Shown: in pieces, positions 58,672 to 64,000 of the stretch
Layout of the letters: every line of letters begins with the position of its first letter
Numbering within the stretch: position 1 is the stretch's first letter
From: Oscillospiraceae bacterium
GTDB taxonomy: Bacteria > Bacillota > Clostridia > Oscillospirales > Ruminococcaceae
Length of the DNA: 64,000 nt
Direction: 5' to 3'
Assembly: GCA_045531575.1 (NCBI GenBank)
Contig: JAZSEG010000316.1
Location: 207-64,206 of the forward strand
Made by a program: the position numbers and the translations under genes
Notes under the pieces: generated by a model
Databases searched by the model: none
Seen by the model: the letters and a program-made list of their open reading frames with translations, nothing else
Told to the model about the DNA's origin: nothing

Positions 58672-59052
58672 ATGAAGCATAAGATCCTTGAATCGGGAGA
58701 AGATTACCTTGAGACTATACTGGTCCTCCATAACCGGAACGGAGAAGTAAGGTCCATTGATATCGCAACCGAGCTGGATTATTCCAAGCCGAGCGTCAGT
58801 GTTGCAATGAAGAATCTGCGTGAGCAGGAATGCATCACTGTAGACAAGAATGGATATATAGAGCTGACGGAAAAGGGAAAAGCCATCGCAGAAAAAGTTT
58901 ATGAGCGTCATCTGCTGTTTACCGAATGGTTGATGTCTATGGGCGTCCCCGAGGATATTGCAGCTAAGGATGCCTGCCGTATCGAGCATTGTCTCAGCAC
59001 GGAAAGCTTTGAAGCAATCAAGCGTCATGTAAAAGAGTATAAAGGTGCATAA
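58672..59052 (+). CDS. DtxR/MntR family metal-dependent regulator
   Basis: EDYLETI, SKPSVS.AM, YERH and DACRIEH motifs; TTGACG-N17-TATCAT promoter at 58593-58621. Confidence 0.92.
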   Translation: MKHKILESGEDYLETILVLHNRNGEVRSIDIATELDYSKPSVSVAMKNLREQECITVDKNGYIELTEKGKAIAEKVYERHLLFTEWLMSMGVPEDIAAKDACRIEHCLSTESFEAIKRHVKEYKGA

Positions 59053-59127
59053 TGAAAATGCCGTACTGCTGTCTTTGCGGTGCGGCATTTCGTATCACAG
59101 GGGATCGCACAGCAAGGGGGGAATTTG

Positions 59128-59976
59128 TTGAAAATAATCTGTCTGATAGAAAACACTGCAGTTAATGAAAAGCTGTTCTCTGAGGATGGCCTGTCTCTTT
59201 TTGTGGAATATGAGGGCAGGAATTATCTCATTGATACAGGCCTTACAGGAAAGGCAGTGGATAATGCAAAGCGTATGCGGCTTCCGATAAATGATATTCA
59301 TGCAGTGGTGGTGACGCACAACCATCATGCACATATCGGCGGAATTGATGCGGTGATGCGTCTTAACCCGAAAGCAAAGATCTATCTTCGTGCGGCAGCG
59401 CAGGATGAAGTGTACAGGCGCAGCGGTTTGATGAAAGCTCCCGTTGGAATGGGAAAGTCGTTCTTTAAGAAGTACGCAGATAATCTGATACTGTTCAACA
59501 GCTTTTCTGAGGTCGCAGAGGGATTTTACCTTGCTTCCTGCGAGAACCGTGATGAGAAGTATAATAATCCTGATGGTGGATACTTTACTTTAGAGGGAAA
59601 GAAGAGCATACCGTACGATCATGCAGATGAAAGCTTTGCGGTCATATTTCCGAAGAAGCGAAAAGCAGATGGTCTGATACTTGTTGGAGGCTGCTTTCAC
59701 TGCGGCGTTGTAAATATGCTGGAAACCGTGCGCAATCGCTGGCATGGTATACCGATCCTTGCGGTGATCGGAGGATTTCATTTTTCAGGCAGCAGTCCGA
59801 AAACACTGAACTGTTCTGCGGAGTATGTTACTTCTCAGGCGAGAGGTATCAAGCTGTGCGGTGCAGAAAAGGTATATGCCTGCCATTGCACAGGCTTCCG
59901 TGGCTTTGATGTGATGGATGAAACTCTGGGCGACAGGATAATGTATCTTGGCGGCGGAGAGGCACTGGATTTCTGA
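59128..59976 (+). CDS. MBL-fold metallo-hydrolase (COG1237-like)
   Basis: GLSLFVE, LIDTG, THNHHAH, GC.H.G, IGGFH and CHCTG motifs; TTG start inferred from the RBS. Confidence 0.8.
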   Translation: MKIICLIENTAVNEKLFSEDGLSLFVEYEGRNYLIDTGLTGKAVDNAKRMRLPINDIHAVVVTHNHHAHIGGIDAVMRLNPKAKIYLRAAAQDEVYRRSGLMKAPVGMGKSFFKKYADNLILFNSFSEVAEGFYLASCENRDEKYNNPDGGYFTLEGKKSIPYDHADESFAVIFPKKRKADGLILVGGCFHCGVVNMLETVRNRWHGIPILAVIGGFHFSGSSPKTLNCSAEYVTSQARGIKLCGAEKVYACHCTGFRGFDVMDETLGDRIMYLGGGEALDF

Positions 59977-60149
59977 TAATTTGCAACCAATTGCATATAT
60001 AAATCGTTTAATTATTATAAGGATGTAACTTTTTGCACCTTTGAATTGTTTTAATATATGCATGGTATTACTTATTGCAAGCACCGTCCGTTCTGGGCGG
60101 AAATGATATGACATCATTCCGACATTGTCGGAAAGGGGGAGGACAGAAT

Positions 60150-63137
60150 ATGAAGACTTTGAAAAAAGTTCTGTGCGCAGCACTTGCTGCGGTGCAGGCG
60201 GCAAGCGTGCTGACCATCGGCATGACTGCTTCGGCGGCTGAAACACAGAAGCCCGGTGTAAAGACCATCGCTGCGGGCGACAATTCCAGCTTTGTTATCA
60301 AATCTGATATGTCACTGTGGGCAGCAGGTGCAAACGATCATGGTCAGCTGGGTCTCGGTGCAGGGGTGGAGAACTCCGATGGCGCTAAGGTCATGAGTAA
60401 TGTTCTTATGGTCGAGGCTGAGGGCGAGACTGCTTATGCTATCGATGCTGCAGGCGTTCTTTACGGCTGGGGCGATAACACTGACGGACAGGTAGCGCCG
60501 TCGCAGAATGCGCAGTATATCTATAAGCCTACAAAGATAATGGAAAATGTTATCGATGTAAGCGCAGGTGAGAGTCATACTGTAGTCCTGACTGCGGATG
60601 GAACTGCTTACGGCTGGGGAAGCAACTTTGAAGGTGAGCTTGGCTTCAAGGCAAACGAAAAGACAAATGAGGCGGTAAAGCTTATGTCAGGCATCAAGGA
60701 TATTGCTGCGGGCAACTGCTTTACTCTCTTAGTTGGCGAGGATGGAAAGTTGTATACCAGTGGCCTTAATAACAATGGTCAGCTTGGCGCAGGTAATTAC
60801 AGGACCCAGTATACATTCTCTCTGTCTTCTGTATCCGGTATAGAGTCTGCCGAGGCAGGCGACAGTCATTCGCTTCTGCTGACTGAAAAGGGAAAGGTTC
60901 TGGCGGCAGGCCTTAACGATAATGGACAGGTTGGTGTTACAGGAAGCAGAATAAACACATTCAAGGAGCTTTCTGTAAGCAGTGTTCATGCAGTATTTGC
61001 AGATGCTTATTCGTCTGCTGCAGTAACGACTGCAGGTAAGCTTTATGTATGGGGCAATAATGATAATGGACAGCTGCAGAATTCTTCCGATAAGGATGTG
61101 ACAGCACCTAAATCTGTAGCCTCTGATGCAATATCTATTGCTTTCGGCGGATATCATTCCGTTATGCTTACAAAGAAGGGCAAGATATCAACTGCAGGTG
61201 CAGGAATGAACGGCGAGCTTTTCGGCTTTACAGGAAGCACTGTTCTGAAGCCTGCCAAGATCATGGAGGATGTGAAGACTTTTGCTGTAGGCTCCGATCA
61301 TGCAGCGGCGATCGACTCTAAGGGAAAGCTTTACACATGGGGTAACAATGATTGCGGACAGCTTGGTCTTGGCGATGTGACCTCCAGAAACAAGCCCACT
61401 AAGGTAGACCTGCCTGACAGCGCAGAGCAGGTATGGTGCGGAAATAAGATAACATTCGTTCAGACAAGCGATCTGAGAGTTTATGTGTTCGGTGATAACA
61501 GCGCAGGTATGCTGGGAACAGAGACCGACAAGTCTGTTGTGACCAAGCCCGAACTCAATTACTATCTTTCCGAGTATGATGATCTCGATATCAAGTGCGG
61601 AAACGGTTTCGCAGTTGCACTTATCGAGGGTGATGTTTACGGCTGGGGTAAGAACACCTCCGGCAGACTCTGCGATCTCGGTAAGAATGTGGTAAATCCC
61701 GAGTTGCTTACGAGTGATATCTCCGGTATCGAAGAACTCGCTGTTGGTGACAATCATGTTCTGGTGCTTACCAGAAGCGGTGAGCTGTACGGCTGGGGCA
61801 GCAACGGAAGCAATCAGCTTGGCAACAACATCGAAGGTGTGTTCACTGAAATTCCTCAGTTCCTTGAGATAATGAGCAAAAACAATGGCGTGGCAGCTAC
61901 TATCGATCATATTGCGGCAGCAGGCAATCACTCCATTGCAGTTGATGTGGATAATAAGGTTTGGGTATGGGGTGCAAACTCCAGCGGTCAGCTTGGTGTG
62001 ACAGATTACCGTGTAAAGAATCCCACACCTCTTGGTTATGTGGGAGCTAAGGTAGCGGCAGGCAAGTATGCATGTGCTATCATTAATGCTGATGAGAAGC
62101 TTTCTCTCAGCGGTGTGAACAAATCCGGCGCTCTCGGTGATGGTACAGAGGAAGACCGTAGCAAGTTTAACGTTTATACAGCATCCTCTGCGGAAGAGGT
62201 AGCTATCGGTGACTATTTCGGCGTATATATGCGCAACGACGGCACATTATTTGCATGGGGCGAGAATTCTCTCGGTCAGGTAGGTAATGGCGGCGGCGGA
62301 GTAAGCACAAAGCCTTCTGTTGTTATGAGCGGTGCGCTCTGCACTGTTCCTGAGCAGGCTACAGCTATCAAGCTCAGCAACAATGAGCTTATCCTGAAGC
62401 CCAATGCAAAGCAGAAGCTTACTGCAACTATCACACCTGCTGACGCAGATGTAAAGACTGTAACATGGTCTACATCCAACAACAAGATTGCAACGGTTGC
62501 GGCAGATGGTACTGTTACAGCACTCGCTTATGGCGATGCGACTATCACTGCAAAGACCGCAAACGGTCTCACAGCAACCTGCAAGGTAAAGGTTACTATT
62601 CCTGTAAGCAGCTTCTCTGTTACACCTTCTAAAAATAAGGTGCTGAAGATCGGACAGAGCTTCACTATTACCAGCAAGGTATATCCTACAAACGCAGTTG
62701 ATAAGACTCTGCTGTATTCTTCCTCTGATCCCGATGTTGCTACAGTAAGCGCAAAGGGTAAGGTAACAGCAGTTTCCACAGGTAAGGCAAAGATCACTAT
62801 CACAGCAAAGAGCAATCCCACAAAGTCTCGCACTATCACGATCTATGTTCGTCCCGCAAAGGGCAAGCTTACCACCAGAAAGCCTACAGCTGATGGCGTT
62901 CTGCTGAAGTGGAATGAGATCGAAGGCGCAGAGGGTTATGTGATCTACCGCAGAACTTCTCCTAAGGGCAAGACAACAGTTGTTGCGGATGTAAGTGCTG
63001 AGGAGGCTCGTTCCTACCTTGATACAAAGGCAAAGTCGGGCAAGACATACTATTATTACATAAAGTCCTACTACACAGTGGGAAGCACGAAGATCTATTC
63101 TCCTGCTTCTTCAATCTATAAAGTAGTCGCTAAGTAA
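60150..63137 (+). CDS. Secreted RCC1/BLIP-II repeat protein with two Big_2 Ig-like domains and a C-terminal FN3-like domain
   Basis: Signal peptide (ASA-AE); many WG.N..GQLG repeats; VTWSTSN..IATV and YSSSDP.VATV Ig motifs; LKW..IEGAEGY.IYR. Confidence 0.88.
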   Translation: MKTLKKVLCAALAAVQAASVLTIGMTASAAETQKPGVKTIAAGDNSSFVIKSDMSLWAAGANDHGQLGLGAGVENSDGAKVMSNVLMVEAEGETAYAIDAAGVLYGWGDNTDGQVAPSQNAQYIYKPTKIMENVIDVSAGESHTVVLTADGTAYGWGSNFEGELGFKANEKTNEAVKLMSGIKDIAAGNCFTLLVGEDGKLYTSGLNNNGQLGAGNYRTQYTFSLSSVSGIESAEAGDSHSLLLTEKGKVLAAGLNDNGQVGVTGSRINTFKELSVSSVHAVFADAYSSAAVTTAGKLYVWGNNDNGQLQNSSDKDVTAPKSVASDAISIAFGGYHSVMLTKKGKISTAGAGMNGELFGFTGSTVLKPAKIMEDVKTFAVGSDHAAAIDSKGKLYTWGNNDCGQLGLGDVTSRNKPTKVDLPDSAEQVWCGNKITFVQTSDLRVYVFGDNSAGMLGTETDKSVVTKPELNYYLSEYDDLDIKCGNGFAVALIEGDVYGWGKNTSGRLCDLGKNVVNPELLTSDISGIEELAVGDNHVLVLTRSGELYGWGSNGSNQLGNNIEGVFTEIPQFLEIMSKNNGVAATIDHIAAAGNHSIAVDVDNKVWVWGANSSGQLGVTDYRVKNPTPLGYVGAKVAAGKYACAIINADEKLSLSGVNKSGALGDGTEEDRSKFNVYTASSAEEVAIGDYFGVYMRNDGTLFAWGENSLGQVGNGGGGVSTKPSVVMSGALCTVPEQATAIKLSNNELILKPNAKQKLTATITPADADVKTVTWSTSNNKIATVAADGTVTALAYGDATITAKTANGLTATCKVKVTIPVSSFSVTPSKNKVLKIGQSFTITSKVYPTNAVDKTLLYSSSDPDVATVSAKGKVTAVSTGKAKITITAKSNPTKSRTITIYVRPAKGKLTTRKPTADGVLLKWNEIEGAEGYVIYRRTSPKGKTTVVADVSAEEARSYLDTKAKSGKTYYYYIKSYYTVGSTKIYSPASSIYKVVAK

Positions 63138-63145
63138 AATGAACA

Positions 63146-63180
63146 AGGGCAGCTGAGAGATCGGCTGCCCTGAGTTTTTA
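63146..63180 (+). terminator. Terminator after the RCC1-repeat gene
   Basis: AGGGCAGC...GCTGCCCT followed by a T-rich tail. Confidence 0.6.
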
Positions 63181-63311
63181 TTGTTGAAATGTTGAAAGTT
63201 TTTCGTCTTTTATATTCAGAATAAAAAATAGTTCAAAGCTGTGACAAAAAAGCACAGAAGTTTGTCTTATCCATGAAAGCGCTTTTAAGAAATATGGCAG
63301 GAGGTGACGGA

Positions 63312-63782
63312 TTGGACGGTGAAAGCCTTACAAAATACATCGGTCTTTTTCACGGAACGGTATACAGGCTTGCATATAGCTATGTGAAGAATAATGCCGA
63401 TGCAGAGGATATCACACAGGATGCGTTCCTGAAGCTGTACAAATTTCATGGGGAGTTTCAGGCAGACGAAAACTGCAAGGCTTGGCTCATTCGTGTGACT
63501 ATCAATCTGTCGAAGAATCTGCTGAGATCAGGCTGGTTTACGAAACGCACTGAGCTAACCGAGGACATCCCCTGCGAGGATGAGGAGGACAGATCGCTGA
63601 TAGAATATGTGATGAAGCTTCCCGAAAAATACCGTGTCACTATACATCTGTACTATTATGAGGGGTACTCTGTCAAGGAAATAGCGGATATTACGGGAGC
63701 TTCGGCATCATCGGTGACTACACGGCTCATGCGTGGACGTGAACGATTGAAAGAAATGCTCTTGAAGGAGGATAAGCAGTGA
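63312..63782 (+). CDS. ECF sigma-70 family sigma factor
   Basis: DAEDITQDAF, KAWLIRVTIN and LYYYEGYSVKEIA motifs; start probably TTG 63312 (GGAGGTG RBS). Confidence 0.92.
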   Translation: MDGESLTKYIGLFHGTVYRLAYSYVKNNADAEDITQDAFLKLYKFHGEFQADENCKAWLIRVTINLSKNLLRSGWFTKRTELTEDIPCEDEEDRSLIEYVMKLPEKYRVTIHLYYYEGYSVKEIADITGASASSVTTRLMRGRERLKEMLLKEDKQ

Positions 63783-64000
63783 AAGAACGTTATAACAGAG
63801 CCTTTGACAACATCGCTCCCGAAAAGAGCGATGAGGAGCTGCGAAAGGCAGTCCTGAGAAAGGCGGAAAATACTATGGAAAAGAAGTTCAACAAGAAGGC
63901 AGTGATGATCCCCGTAGCAGCGGCGCTGACGGTGGCTATCGGAGTAGGCGGCGTTGCAGCGGCAAATAATGCGGAGTTCATCAGAAATATATTCGGCGGC
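63779..64000 (+). CDS. Putative anti-sigma factor (5' part; runs off the window edge)
   Basis: Not in the ORF track. The GTG start overlaps the sigma stop (GTGA). MKERYNRAFDNIAPEKSDEEL...AVMIPVAAALTVAIGVGGVAAA includes a TM helix and resembles the N-terminus of the 7285-8505 protein. Confidence 0.75.
   Translation, partial: MKERYNRAFDNIAPEKSDEELRKAVLRKAENTMEKKFNKKAVMIPVAAALTVAIGVGGVAAANNAEFIRNIFGG

Overview
This is the chromosomal origin region of a motile, spore-forming clostridial Firmicute; the gene content and style look Oscillospiraceae/Ruminococcaceae-like (inference). The right half holds a split oriC around dnaA, followed by dnaN-yaaA-recF-remB-gyrB-(ycxB-like)-gyrA-mnmG-rsmG-noc-like-parA-parB-serS, three parS sites, an ABC exporter, an MntR/DtxR regulator, an MBL hydrolase, an RCC1/Ig surface protein and an ECF sigma/anti-sigma pair. 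The left half holds the start of the S10 operon, gpr/rpsT, APH-like and GNAT genes, darA-holB-ricT, a second ECF pair, ferredoxin, secDF, thrS, cheAWRB, a FliK/FlhB-C-like pair, an ask-DUF115-thyA-NYN-tcdA run, and two sigma28-driven flagellins with a glycosyltransferase and a FliB-like methylase. I saw no CRISPR array, rRNA, tRNA, transposase or integrase. Four real genes are missing from the ORF track: rpsJ, ferredoxin, a 53-aa acidic protein and the terminal anti-sigma. The most notable observations are: (1) an NYN nuclease with six tandem LOTUS/OST-HTH repeats, a MARF1-like layout, coupled to tcdA; (2) an oriC built almost entirely of non-canonical TTWTCAAC boxes, with a variant DnaA recognition helix; (3) a T-box-less thrS leader made of two related long hairpins; (4) two ECF loci 54 kb apart sharing an identical 16-bp cre-like operator, plus tandem ECF-type promoters in front of the surface protein; (5) a MORN-repeat protein fused to a ribosomal L7/L12 C-terminal-like domain. 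All assignments come from reading motifs by eye; no database searches were run.
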